Shown: positions 37,800 through 47,404 of the stretch, piece by piece
Layout of the letters: each line of letters begins with the position of its first letter
Position numbering within the stretch: position 1 is the stretch's first letter
DNA from: a bacterium
GTDB lineage: Bacteria; Zixibacteria; MSB-5A5; GN15; FEB-12
Direction: 5' to 3'
Assembly (NCBI GenBank): GCA_043811375.1
Contig: JBDRNJ010000019.1
Location: 1 to 64,000 of the forward strand
Length of the DNA: 64,000 nucleotides
Notes under the pieces: model-generated
The model's database searches: none
Seen by the model: only the letters and a program-made list of their open reading frames with translations
Told to the model about the DNA's origin: nothing
Made by a program: the position numbers and the translations under genes

Positions 37800-38838
37800 T
37801 CCTTGTTTTCTGATGCCGCCCGGCTAACTGCCCACAGGCGGCCTCAATGTCAATTCCCCGGCTTCGGCGCACCATAACGGCGGGAGCCCGGGGATAAAGC
37901 TGCTGGGCGAACCACTCCACCTGTTGATCCGAGGGACGTTCAAACTTGAGCCCGGGGACCGGATTGTACGCCAGTAGATTAATTTTACACGGTATCCCCC
38001 CCACCAGACGACTGAGAGCCTCAATATCTTCCCGGCTGTCGTTGAAATCTTTGAAGAGTATATATTCGAAAGTTACCCTGGTGGCCGTTTGCTGAGTATA
38101 GTATTTGACGGCCGCCATCAACTGATCCAGTTGATGCGTTTTCGCCACCGGTATGATAGCCGCCCGTTTCTCCTGAGTGGCGGCGTGAAGACTGACCGCC
38201 AGTCGTGTTTTCAGCCCGCTGTCGGCCAGCCGCCTGATACCGGCCGGGATACCGACTGTCGAAACGGTGATCTTGCGGGCGCTGTGGTTCAGGCCGATTT
38301 CATCCCTGATAATCCTGACGGCCGCCGCCATGTTGTTGAAATTGAGCAGCGGCTCGCCCATCCCCATCATAACCACATTGGTGAAAGCCTGGTCGCCGTC
38401 CAGTTGGAGGACAGAGATCAACTGTCCGACAATCTCCCCTACGGTCAGATCCCGCAGCAAACCCATGGTTCCGGTAGCGCAGAAGCGGCAGCCCAAACCG
38501 CACCCGGCCTGCAATGATATGCACACTGTCCGACGGCCACTCTCATCGGGTATAAGTACGGTTTCAATCGGGTGGCCATCGTGCAGGCTAAACAGCAACT
38601 TCCGTGTCCCGTCCGACGACACCGCCCGGTGCTCCGGTTCGGGACAGTAGAAGGTGTATTTTTCATCGAGCCGGCGGCGCAGGTCCCGGGAGAGATCGGA
38701 CATCAGGTTAAAATCGTACTGGCGAACATGATAGAGCCATTTGAAGAGCTGTCGTCCCTTGAAGCGCTTTTCGCCCCATGAGGCCATCAGCTCCTCCATC
38801 TGATCCACGGAATACCCCAGCAGGTTCTCTTTACACAT
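37777..38838 (-). CDS. rlmN: 23S rRNA (A2503) C2-methyltransferase RlmN
   Basis: CISLQAGCGLGCRFCATG, MGMGEP, SLHA, AACGQL. Confidence 0.97.
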   Translation of the reverse strand: MCKENLLGYSVDQMEELMASWGEKRFKGRQLFKWLYHVRQYDFNLMSDLSRDLRRRLDEKYTFYCPEPEHRAVSSDGTRKLLFSLHDGHPIETVLIPDESGRRTVCISLQAGCGLGCRFCATGTMGLLRDLTVGEIVGQLISVLQLDGDQAFTNVVMMGMGEPLLNFNNMAAAVRIIRDEIGLNHSARKITVSTVGIPAGIRRLADSGLKTRLAVSLHAATQEKRAAIIPVAKTHQLDQLMAAVKYYTQQTATRVTFEYILFKDFNDSREDIEALSRLVGGIPCKINLLAYNPVPGLKFERPSDQQVEWFAQQLYPRAPAVMVRRSRGIDIEAACGQLAGRHQKTRSAENARS

Positions 38839-38909
38839 AGACCTGTAATTTAGCCTAAAAACGAACTTTAGCAAGGTCTGTCATTGAGAGAGTAACCACG
38901 GGTATCGCC

Positions 38910-38938
38910 TTGACAGAGCCGGTGTGGGCAGCTATTAT
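38910..38938 (+). promoter_or_regulatory. Sigma70 promoter of tRNA-Pro
   Basis: TTGACA-17 nt-TATTAT, 12 nt upstream of the tRNA. Confidence 0.8.
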
Positions 38939-38950
38939 CATGGGTGGTAA

Positions 38951-39024
38951 CGGGGTGTAGCGCAGTCAGGCAGCGCGCTTGCTTTGGGAGCAAGATGTCG
39001 GAGGTTCAAATCCTCTCACCCCGA
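38951..39024 (+). tRNA. trnP: tRNA-Pro (TGG), CCA not encoded
   Basis: Acceptor CGGGGTG/CACCCCG, anticodon arm CTTGC-TT-TGG-GA-GCAAG, T-arm GGAGG-TTCAAAT-CCTCT. Confidence 0.95.
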
Positions 39025-39047
39025 TTTTGTCTCGATTGTGTGGCAGC

Positions 39048-39115
39048 AGTCCTGTAGGGCAGGTCTGTCTTCAAACCTGCCACTTTTTCCAAAGGGCGGA
39101 TTCGCCCTACGACGC
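39048..39115. repeat. GTAG REP-like element, copy A
   Basis: AGTCCTGTAGGGCAGGTCTGTCTTCAAACC...GGCGGATTCGCCCTACGACGC; direct repeat of 40153-40232. Confidence 0.8.
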
Positions 39116-39180
39116 TCATGGGGATTACACAGACCAGCCTGCGACACGTCTATTAGCCAGGATCACTTAAGGAGGCCATT

Positions 39181-40110
39181 TTGTCAATGACCAGAGCCGT
39201 TCTCTTCGCAATCATGGGATTGCACTGTTTTGTAGCAGCGCAAGAACCCCGGCCCGATGTGGAGATCACTCGCTTTGCCTTGAATCCATCTTACGGCATT
39301 TCCAAGTCAGTAGATCTGGTGTCAGGGAATATGAATAAGTATCTGCTCCTGAAATTCGACAGTGAACGTGTTAGTGAAAACGAATTCATTATAATCGATT
39401 CGGTTGTATCAACCAGCAAGCCACAGTTGTGCGACTCAAACGCAGTGTCATTTATCGCTACCCATGGTACGGATTCTGCGATGCTAATCGTCGTAGATTT
39501 CGACACGTTAACAAAACTGGATACAATCGTCACCTATCCAGTTGAAGATTTGAGGTCAAAAGTCAGTTATAGGAGGGGACAGAACCATCTCTACAATCTA
39601 GACGGTTACCTGTTCTATAGGCCCGATTCGCTGTTGTTTTGGCGTGTTCCCGTCGGGAGGTATTCGATCATAGAAACCGGCAGAGTAACAGCAGACCGGT
39701 CGTACCTCTATGAGGATTGGTGTATGCTGTGTGACTTACCGGTGTTTATCGGAGACTTTTCTATGGCACTGTGGGCACGGGGACAACGCTTCCCGACGAT
39801 TGGCGAACAAACGCCAATAATCGCGTACGATTTTGAGCAGGATTCCTGCTACGTGCTGCGGTTTGTTACCGGCAATTGCTGGTCGCCACAACTGTTACAT
39901 AGAGATGATCAACTGTTCTGCTTCTGCGATGGGCCAGGCAGTAAGTGGAGCTTCTGTATCGTGGAAGACTCGATCCCCAGGCCATTGCACTCTATTGGAT
40001 ACCCCGTGCAGTTCGGTGAATGTGTATTATATCACGACTCTGTTGTGATCAGGACAGAAAGCAATTGTGACAAGGACTACGGGATACAAACTCACGTGAT
40101 ACTCAGATGA
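39181..40110 (+). CDS. Exported hypothetical protein (Cys-containing, beta-rich); cargo of cassette 1
   Basis: AAGGAGG RBS, signal-peptide-like N-terminus, AT-richer than core genes, bracketed by REP-like copies. Confidence 0.65.
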   Translation: MSMTRAVLFAIMGLHCFVAAQEPRPDVEITRFALNPSYGISKSVDLVSGNMNKYLLLKFDSERVSENEFIIIDSVVSTSKPQLCDSNAVSFIATHGTDSAMLIVVDFDTLTKLDTIVTYPVEDLRSKVSYRRGQNHLYNLDGYLFYRPDSLLFWRVPVGRYSIIETGRVTADRSYLYEDWCMLCDLPVFIGDFSMALWARGQRFPTIGEQTPIIAYDFEQDSCYVLRFVTGNCWSPQLLHRDDQLFCFCDGPGSKWSFCIVEDSIPRPLHSIGYPVQFGECVLYHDSVVIRTESNCDKDYGIQTHVILR

Positions 40111-40152
40111 TCCATCCGTTCGAGGCGTTGATTTTTCTCGTCTGGTCAGCTT

Positions 40153-40232
40153 AGTCCTGTAGGGCAGGTCTGTCTTCAAACCCGCAATTATTTCCAAAAG
40201 GCGGATTCGAAGACGGATCCGCCCTACGACGC
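40153..40232. repeat. GTAG REP-like element, copy B
   Basis: AGTCCTGTAGGGCAGGTCTGTCTTCAAACC...GGCGGATTCGAAGACGGATCCGCCCTACGACGC. Confidence 0.8.
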
Positions 40233-40246
40233 AGTGTAATGGCCCC

Positions 40247-40310
40247 GTCAGGCGGCGCGCTTGCTTTGGGAGCAAGATGTCGGAGGTTCAAATCCTCTCA
40301 CCCCGATTTT
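40247..40310 (+). repeat. 5'-truncated tRNA-Pro copy (att-like direct repeat)
   Basis: GTCAGGCGGCGCGCTTGCTTTGGGAGCAAGATGTCGGAGGTTCAAATCCTCTCACCCCGATTTT: the tRNA from the D-loop onward with one mismatch. Confidence 0.9.
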
Positions 40311-40606
40311 GAATATCCGCTGTTATCCTCCAGGAAACCAAAGAAACAGACTTGATTGCCAGGGGTTTCCCCAGTCACCGCTCCTTCGCTGCAGACGGTA
40401 AGGGGCGGTAGAATACGGTAAGATACGGCCAATAATAGCACAAATTCAGCATAGCTGATAACCAGGTTGAAATCGCTCTACTCCTGAGACTCAGAGCCAG
40501 TTTGCTCACGATTTGGATGTGGTCATACGTTGTCCGGGAATCAATTGTGCAAATCCATCGTTCACGGTATATTCCCTTTTAATGTGAGAACTGACAAAAG
40601 ACACGA

Positions 40607-40897
40607 ATGATGATCACAGCACAGCGACACAGATTATGGATTATGGTTCTCACCATTCTCTGGCTTATTCTCATAGGCTGGTTGCTGCACCATACCGCGG
40701 AAGGACACCATGGTGAAGACCATAACAACTGTCCTCTGTGTCTTGCAGCAGTAGGAATGCTTCTTGCTGCCGCAGCAGTCATTCTGCGGTTAGGGCTGGT
40801 TCTCATAGGTTTCTTATGCCACCACGAGCGATCGATTTGCTCTGTTCTGCTCTTTGTAACGCGGGGACGTAGCCCTCCTATTCCCAGTAAACTCTAA
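40607..40897 (+). CDS. DUF2946-like leader protein (TM, His-rich, CxxC, C-terminal RSPP)
   Basis: 'HHTAEGHHGEDHNNCPLC...RGRSPPIPSKL' directly upstream of a His-rich OM protein. Confidence 0.7.
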   Translation: MMITAQRHRLWIMVLTILWLILIGWLLHHTAEGHHGEDHNNCPLCLAAVGMLLAAAAVILRLGLVLIGFLCHHERSICSVLLFVTRGRSPPIPSKL

Positions 40898-40979
40898 GCG
40901 CCTGAATCGCCATAGGCGGCGCCAAACGTTACCAGTTCACTTGCCACTGAAGGCAAGCAATCATCATCAGGAGGATAGC

Positions 40980-42143
40980 ATGGCTATACGAACATTGGTG
41001 GTGTTTCTGTGTGTGTGCTTCGGTTGCGTCGCACACGAACAGACCACAACAAATCCAGATATATCAGCAACCGGAGACTTCCGAGTCTTCAGTCATAACG
41101 ATAAACTTCGCACCGATGAGGCCGAGGAACTGAATCTTGCTACTCCGGATTTCGAGCTGGATATCGCCGGAAATCTCAATCCGAATGCGCGTGCTGACGC
41201 CGTTATAGCCTGGCACGGGGAACACAATGCCGAAATCGAAGAGTTGTTCGTGACCATCGAGAGTGGATTACCCCTGGGGGCAAACCTTCGTGTTGGTAAG
41301 CACCTGCTCGAGTTCGGAAGATTGAATCCTGTTCACCCTCATGCGTATTCATTCATCAAACGACCCCTGCCGCATAAAATGTTCTTCGGCGAGGAGGGAC
41401 TTGCCGATGTAGCAATCCGCAGCGGCTTCCTCCTGCCGACAGGAGATGCCAACACCGAGACAATAGTGGGGCTCCTCAAAGGGGATGCCTTTGCTTCCCA
41501 TGAGCACGGGCACGAAGAAGAAAGTGAAGAGCACCCGTACGAAGAAATGGCGGAGCCTAAGCGGGGTCTCGGCTTCTTCGGTCGAGCTACCACTTTTTTT
41601 ACTGTGAATAAATCAGCAAATCTGGCTTTTGGCAGTTCGGTCGTCAACGCCGTGCATGGCTTTCACGAGTATGAACACGAAGAGGGTGCCGTGAACCATC
41701 ATGAGGCACCGGACGAGCTTCGAGCGTGGTTGTTGGGCGGCGATGTGAAGTACAAGTACAGACCGAATCGAAACACAGCACTCCAGATTGAAGCTGAAGG
41801 GATTGTCCGAATTGCAGAACAGGGTGAGGTGATTGATGATCTTACCTCGTATGGTGGTTACGGTTACATCGACTACCGATTCCGCCAGCAGTACAACCTT
41901 GGCGGCATCTTTGAATGGATTCGAGTCGAAGAACTCCATGAGGAGGAGGGCACTGAAGAACACGAGATTCACCGCACAGATACCTGGCGGGCCGGTCTGT
42001 TTGTAGGCTGGTCGCCGATCGAAGAGACCAGTCTGGTCCGACTTGCCGGACACTGGACAGAACCGGGGTACGGCGATGGTTTCTGGGAAATGACCCTGCA
42101 GCTCGTGGTGAGCCTCGGATCTCATAAGCCACACGATTTCTAG
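40980..42143 (+). CDS. His/Glu-rich outer-membrane beta-barrel, putative metal (Zn/Ni/Co) uptake protein
   Basis: Signal peptide; 'NPDIS..GD', 'FGRLNPVHPH', His-Glu loops, C-terminal 'LGSHKPHDF'; GGAGG RBS. Confidence 0.7.
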   Translation: MAIRTLVVFLCVCFGCVAHEQTTTNPDISATGDFRVFSHNDKLRTDEAEELNLATPDFELDIAGNLNPNARADAVIAWHGEHNAEIEELFVTIESGLPLGANLRVGKHLLEFGRLNPVHPHAYSFIKRPLPHKMFFGEEGLADVAIRSGFLLPTGDANTETIVGLLKGDAFASHEHGHEEESEEHPYEEMAEPKRGLGFFGRATTFFTVNKSANLAFGSSVVNAVHGFHEYEHEEGAVNHHEAPDELRAWLLGGDVKYKYRPNRNTALQIEAEGIVRIAEQGEVIDDLTSYGGYGYIDYRFRQQYNLGGIFEWIRVEELHEEEGTEEHEIHRTDTWRAGLFVGWSPIEETSLVRLAGHWTEPGYGDGFWEMTLQLVVSLGSHKPHDF

Positions 42144-42162
42144 GTGGGCAGGTGAAGAGCAT

Positions 42163-42420
42163 AATATAAGTATTACAAGTACTATTCATAACCTACTGCT
42201 GCCATCTTAGCTGTTTGGTTTTTTCGAATTGGCAGCAGGCAACTTCCTAACGTTTTGGCTTGACATACCAACCGGCGCCACGGTCGTCGCCATATTGGGT
42301 GCGTTACTACTGCTGTTCTTCTCTGTGCGATGGATAGCCAGTAAGAGGCTAAGACGGATCACGAGACGGTACAACTCCGCCGACCCGACCATTGATAGCG
42401 ATCAGGTTTGGCACACTTGA
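42163..42420 (+). pseudogene. C-terminal remnant of a metal ABC transporter permease (ZnuB/MntB-like)
   Basis: Frame reads ..LLLPS*LFGFFELAAGNFLTFWLDIPTGATVVAILGALLLLF; D-x-P-T-G motif of ABC-3 permease last helices; in-frame TAG at 42208. Confidence 0.5.
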
Positions 42421-42450
42421 CGTAACTCCCCAATCAGGAATGGGGTATAT

Positions 42451-42474
42451 AGGTTCAAATCCTCTCACCCCGAT
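42451..42474 (+). repeat. 3' fragment of tRNA-Pro (att-like core)
   Basis: AGGTTCAAATCCTCTCACCCCGAT identical to tRNA 3' end. Confidence 0.85.
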
Positions 42475-42870
42475 AGATTTGTCTCCCCTATTCCTTTCAT
42501 TATTGGTGGTTTTCATTGAGAATAGGCAGTGACTCACTTGGACGGATTTTTCGTTGGATTGCTCGCGGAAGATTGGCTGTCTGACGGTGCTCCATTGGCA
42601 GGTGGATGACGTATCGCTTACGACTGGCGAGGGCTGCCGGACGTTCCAAAGCTTCAGGATACATCATGATCGAGCATGCCTGAAAGTTGGCGGGAGGGGA
42701 GGTCATCCGGCATTGCCGCTGATCCAAGGTCAGGGATCGGTAGACCGTATCTCACCGATTGATTTCGTGGAACATCAGCGCCCCCGTTGAGTTAAAGATA
42801 CATTGGTGTTGCGTCCGGGCCGGCCTTGAGATATATTCACGACGGCCTTCACTGCTTTCAACGAGGTAAC

Positions 42871-44232
42871 ATGACACGACTGCGAACAGCCTTAAGACGA
42901 TTTTCCGCTATCATCTTCATCCCGTTTCCGTTTGCCCTTTGCCTGCTTCTGGCGGCGTGCTCGGGCAATCCTGATGGAGGTTCGGGAGGAGCCAATGCGC
43001 GCCTGATGCCGGCGGTGGAGGCAGTGCAAGCCAGGTACGGCAGCCTTCCTCTGACCGAGCGCCTGAGCGGCCTCGTTCGGGCCAGGAACCAGGTGGAGTT
43101 GTATCCCCAGATCAGCGCGGCGGTGGTTCAGGTATATGTCCAGAACGGTGATCCGGTGAAGTCCGGGGATCCGCTGGTACGGCTACGCGATACCGAGTTA
43201 CGGGAGCGACTCAAGCAGGTCGAAGCGAATTATCAGATCACCGTGGCACAGGCCAGGCAGGCCGATGCCGATATGCAGCGGATTCAGGCGGAACTGAATC
43301 GCAGCACCAACCTTGCCCAGAAAGACCTTATAAGCCCGACCGAATTCGAGACCATGCAGACTCAGGCAATAGCCGCTGAGGCCGAAGCTGAGCTGGCGCG
43401 GGCGCGAGTGGAACAGGCGCAGGCCTCCGTTGATGAACGAATAGAGGCATTATCGCGAACGGTCGTTCGGGCTCCGGTCGATGGTACGGTCGGCAATCGC
43501 AACGCCGAAGTCGGCATGCTGGTCACCCCGAACACCAAGCTGTTTACGCTTGGGCAGCTCGATTCCATTCGCGTTGAAGTGATACTCACCGACCGCATGC
43601 TTTCATACATCAAAGAAGATCAGCGATCCGAAATTTCTTCGCCGAGTATCCCCTTTGGTTCGATTGATGCTCCGGTTGCACGCATTTCCCCATTCCTGCA
43701 TCCGGTCACCCATAGTACGATTGCCGAGATTGATCTGGTCAACCTCGAAGGCGCTCTGAATCCGGGAATGTTTGTTTCAGTAGACATATTTTATGGCGAA
43801 AGCGAAGTGGCCACGTTGGTCCCACTGAGCTCCCTCTGGGAAAATCCGGCCACGGTAAGCGTCGGAGTGTTTGTCACCCGCGACTCGTTGACAGGCGAAC
43901 CGGTTGCCGTGTTCGACGATCCACGCGGCGGTTCACTCACTGATCCGGTTTCTTTTGAGTTTGTGCCGGTTGAAGTAATCGCCCAAGGTCGAATGAACGC
44001 CGGGGTGCGAGGCCTCGACCCGGGAAGCTGGGTAGTGACGATCGGCCAGAATTTGCTGGGCGCTGATACCGCACAGGCGCGAGTGCGGCCGGTCAACTGG
44101 GATTGGGTTGAGAAACTGCAGCAGCTTCAGCGCGAAGACTTGCTGGAGGAGATCATACAGCGCCAACAGACGGGTGCCGGCGATACTACTCTGATCGGCA
44201 TGACACCGGCCGGTTGCCGGGACGCCGCATGA
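42871..44232 (+). CDS. RND efflux periplasmic adaptor (MFP)
   Basis: Lipobox LAAC; 'VQNGDPVKSGDPL', 'RAPVDGTV', 'LNPGMFV'. Confidence 0.9.
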   Translation: MTRLRTALRRFSAIIFIPFPFALCLLLAACSGNPDGGSGGANARLMPAVEAVQARYGSLPLTERLSGLVRARNQVELYPQISAAVVQVYVQNGDPVKSGDPLVRLRDTELRERLKQVEANYQITVAQARQADADMQRIQAELNRSTNLAQKDLISPTEFETMQTQAIAAEAEAELARARVEQAQASVDERIEALSRTVVRAPVDGTVGNRNAEVGMLVTPNTKLFTLGQLDSIRVEVILTDRMLSYIKEDQRSEISSPSIPFGSIDAPVARISPFLHPVTHSTIAEIDLVNLEGALNPGMFVSVDIFYGESEVATLVPLSSLWENPATVSVGVFVTRDSLTGEPVAVFDDPRGGSLTDPVSFEFVPVEVIAQGRMNAGVRGLDPGSWVVTIGQNLLGADTAQARVRPVNWDWVEKLQQLQREDLLEEIIQRQQTGAGDTTLIGMTPAGCRDAA

Positions 44233-47200
44233 ACATTACCAGAATAGCTGTCAAACGTCCCATTGCCACTTCTATGGTGTTTCTTATCATCATTGTGCTC
44301 GGCATCATGGGATTCAGGTTTTTGCCGGTTGATCTGTTGCCGCCGATCGAGTACCCGATGCTCAGTATCTCCACCAGCTATCCCAACGTTGGGCCGGAAG
44401 AAATTGAGACAATTATCACGGACCGGGTGGAAAACGCCGTCGCCGTCGTGCCCAACCTTACGGAAGTGCGTTCGGACTCCGAAGAGGGGCGGAGCCGGGT
44501 AAGGCTTGAGTTTGCACAGGGCACTGATATCGATGCCGCAGCCAACGATATCCGGGCGGCGCTTGATAGGATCCGTGATGATTTCCCCCCCGAAGTCGAG
44601 CCGCCGCGGCTGTGGAAATTCGATCCTGATAATTTCCCGGTTCTTATTATGGGGGCGCAGTCGCACCGTTCGATGGATGAACTGACGCTCATTCTCGAAA
44701 GAGAGATTACCCAGCGTTTCGAACAGATTCCCGGAGTCGGTTCGATCGATGTCTGGGGAGGCATATATCGCGAAGTCCAGGTTCGGCTCAAACGCGACCG
44801 CCTTGCGTCCAGCCATCTCACCGCGGCCGATGTACGCGCGGCGCTGCAACGCGAAAATGTTACCCTGCCCGGCGGCGACATGCGCGAAGGGATCAGCGAC
44901 ATGTATATCCGTACCCGGGGCGAGTACCAATCTCTCGACGAGATCGCCAACACGATCATTACAGTGATCGACGGCTACCCGATTCGGGTGCGCGATGTCG
45001 CCGATGTAGTGGACGGCTTCCAGGACATCAACCGCATCGTACAGATCGACGGCCGGCCAATGGTTCGCCTGGGGATTCGCAAGCAGTCAGGGGCCAACAC
45101 GGTCGCAGTAGCGCAACAGGCACGCGCGGTGATGGAACAGATCAATCGGGAGCGTGAAGATATCGATCTAGTGCTCGTCATCGATCAGAGCGATTTCATC
45201 CAGAACTCTATTGACAACGTCAAACGGTCGGCCCTTTTCGGTGGGCTCCTCGCGATCTTCATACTCTATCTTTTCTTGCGCAACGGTTCGACCACGTTCA
45301 TCATTGCAGTGTCAATTCCGATCTCGATTATCGCTACCTTCGGATTGCTGTTCTTCAATAATCTCACTCTGAATCAGATGAGTTTCGGCGGACTGGCTCT
45401 GGGGATAGGGTTAATCGTCGACAGTGCCATTGTGGTGCTCGAGAATATCGTCCGCTTGCGAGAAGGCCGTCACACACTCGAGGAAAGCGCCCTCACCGGT
45501 ACCAAGCAGGTAACCGGCGCTATCATCGCATCGACTCTTACGACTACTGTCATCTTTCTGCCGGTGGTTTTCATGCAGACCATATCCGGCATGCTCTTTC
45601 GAGAACTGGCGCTAGTAGTGGTGTTCGCCCTCTTGTGTTCCTTGTTGGTGGCGCTAACGCTTGTGCCGATGCTCGCCAGCCGATATTTGACGGTTCCGGC
45701 CGGCGGTCGCAGCGACGAGGATCGCGTATTGCGCATCGGCAAGTGGTTCGAACGTCTCGAAGGCCGGTATGCGGGTCTACTCGATAAAGCAATGCGACAC
45801 AAGAAAATCGTTTTCGGCGTTACGGCATTGCTGTTGACCGGGACCCTGTTGTTGTGGCCGCTGTTGCCGGTAGAGCTGGCGCCGCAAACCGATGCTGATG
45901 AGATCGGTATTGACCTGGAGATGGCTCAAGGGACCAATATCGCCGTGGTCAATCGCTACCTGAGCGAGTTGGAGCAGATCGTGCGTGACGTCGCTCCGAT
46001 GGATCAGATCCGCCATATCACCACCCAGATTCGTCCGGGGAATGCCGAAGTGGAAATCTCGCTGAAGAACGCCGAGGAACGCTCGATCAACAGTTTCGTT
46101 TTGGCCGACCGCCTTCGTCGCGAGGTCTCGGGTAAGATTCCTGGTGCTAACATCCGGGTCTCGGCACAATCAGGGCTGTGGATGCTGCGTCGATTGTTCG
46201 GTTCGGGGGGAGCCGAGGCGGTACAAATCGAACTGCGCGGCTACGACCTGGCGATGGCCGACCTTTTAGCTACAGACATCAAGCAGATTGTCGAGCGCAT
46301 CCCTGAGGTGGCCGACGTTCGGACCAGCCGACGTGAGGGAAGACCGGAACAGAATCTAATCATCGATCGCGAGAAGATCGCCGATCTGGGTCTGTCGGTG
46401 AACCAGATCGCACAGATAATCCAGACAAATGTCGGCGGCAGTCGCGCCGGAGTCTTTCGTGAAGGTGGCGAGGAATTCCCTATCACGGTGCGCCTGCAGC
46501 CGAAAGACCGCCTGACCACCAGCGACTTGAGCAACATAACCGTACGCAGCAACAGCGGCGATATTATTCCCGTGTCGTCGTTGGTGCAAACCCAGCGACG
46601 GCGCAGCCCGACCGAGATCGAGCGCATCGACGGGCAGCGTGTAACCTACATAACCGCCAACCTTGAAAGTGGCGCGGCTCTTGGGGATGTTGTCGAAAAA
46701 CTGCAGAAGGCCGTTCAGACGGTGGCCCTGCCCAAAGGATTCTCGGTCTTGTTCGGTGGCGAATATGAGGAGCAGCAGCAGGCGCAGACCGATTTTCTCT
46801 TGTCGGTCTTAATGGCCGTTGTTCTCATTTACATGGTGATGGCGGCGCAGTTTGAACGATTTCTGGATCCGCTAATCGTGATGGTCTCGGTGCCTCTGGC
46901 CATTATCGGTGTCGTACCCACTCTCTTGCTGACCGGCACGACCCTGAACATACAAAGTCTAATGGGTATCATCATGCTCATAGGCATTGTGGTCAACAAC
47001 GCTATTGTCCTGGTCGACTATATCAATTTGATGCGCCGTGAGCGCAATCTCGATATCACCGCCGCCGTCATGCAGTCGGCGCGACTACGCCTGCGGCCGA
47101 TCCTGATGACCACGTGCACGACGGTGCTGGCGATGCTGCCGCTGGCGTTTGTGCTGGGTGCGGGAGGCGAAATCCAGGCGGCGCTGGCGCGGGCGGTCAT

Positions 47201-47294
47201 TGGCGGCCTGACAGTGTCATCCCTCATAACCTTGATCCTCATCCCGGTCACGTACACCAGCGTGCACAATCTACTAGCCAGAGTCCGCTCCTGA
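44229..47294 (+). CDS. RND efflux permease (AcrB/HAE1 family)
   Basis: 'AVKRPIAT', 'GLIVDSAIVVLENI', 'GIVVNNAIVLVD', 'RLRPILMTT'. Confidence 0.95.
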   Translation: MNITRIAVKRPIATSMVFLIIIVLGIMGFRFLPVDLLPPIEYPMLSISTSYPNVGPEEIETIITDRVENAVAVVPNLTEVRSDSEEGRSRVRLEFAQGTDIDAAANDIRAALDRIRDDFPPEVEPPRLWKFDPDNFPVLIMGAQSHRSMDELTLILEREITQRFEQIPGVGSIDVWGGIYREVQVRLKRDRLASSHLTAADVRAALQRENVTLPGGDMREGISDMYIRTRGEYQSLDEIANTIITVIDGYPIRVRDVADVVDGFQDINRIVQIDGRPMVRLGIRKQSGANTVAVAQQARAVMEQINREREDIDLVLVIDQSDFIQNSIDNVKRSALFGGLLAIFILYLFLRNGSTTFIIAVSIPISIIATFGLLFFNNLTLNQMSFGGLALGIGLIVDSAIVVLENIVRLREGRHTLEESALTGTKQVTGAIIASTLTTTVIFLPVVFMQTISGMLFRELALVVVFALLCSLLVALTLVPMLASRYLTVPAGGRSDEDRVLRIGKWFERLEGRYAGLLDKAMRHKKIVFGVTALLLTGTLLLWPLLPVELAPQTDADEIGIDLEMAQGTNIAVVNRYLSELEQIVRDVAPMDQIRHITTQIRPGNAEVEISLKNAEERSINSFVLADRLRREVSGKIPGANIRVSAQSGLWMLRRLFGSGGAEAVQIELRGYDLAMADLLATDIKQIVERIPEVADVRTSRREGRPEQNLIIDREKIADLGLSVNQIAQIIQTNVGGSRAGVFREGGEEFPITVRLQPKDRLTTSDLSNITVRSNSGDIIPVSSLVQTQRRRSPTEIERIDGQRVTYITANLESGAALGDVVEKLQKAVQTVALPKGFSVLFGGEYEEQQQAQTDFLLSVLMAVVLIYMVMAAQFERFLDPLIVMVSVPLAIIGVVPTLLLTGTTLNIQSLMGIIMLIGIVVNNAIVLVDYINLMRRERNLDITAAVMQSARLRLRPILMTTCTTVLAMLPLAFVLGAGGEIQAALARAVIGGLTVSSLITLILIPVTYTSVHNLLARVRS

Positions 47295-47330
47295 GCCGTG
47301 GTCGGCAGCTATTATCATGGGCGGTAACAA

Positions 47331-47404
47331 CACGGTGTAGCGCAGTCAGGCAGCGCGTTTGCTTTGGGAGCACGATGTCGGAGGTTCAAATCCTCTCACC
47401 CCGA
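47331..47404 (+). pseudogene. Degenerate full-length tRNA-Pro(TGG) copy with duplicated upstream leader
   Basis: Differs from 38951-39024 in acceptor stem (CACGGTG) and anticodon stem (TTTGC/GCACG); 47293-47327 resembles 38916-38950. Confidence 0.8.

Noticed and set aside
42500..42830. Short ORFs upstream of the RND adaptor (possible TolC or regulator remnant)
   Set aside because: No recognisable motif or RBS; cannot support a call
38951..47404. Repeats as a CRISPR array or classical integron attC array
   Set aside because: Repeats are tRNA-derived and kilobases apart; no cas or intI gene; no attC structure recognised
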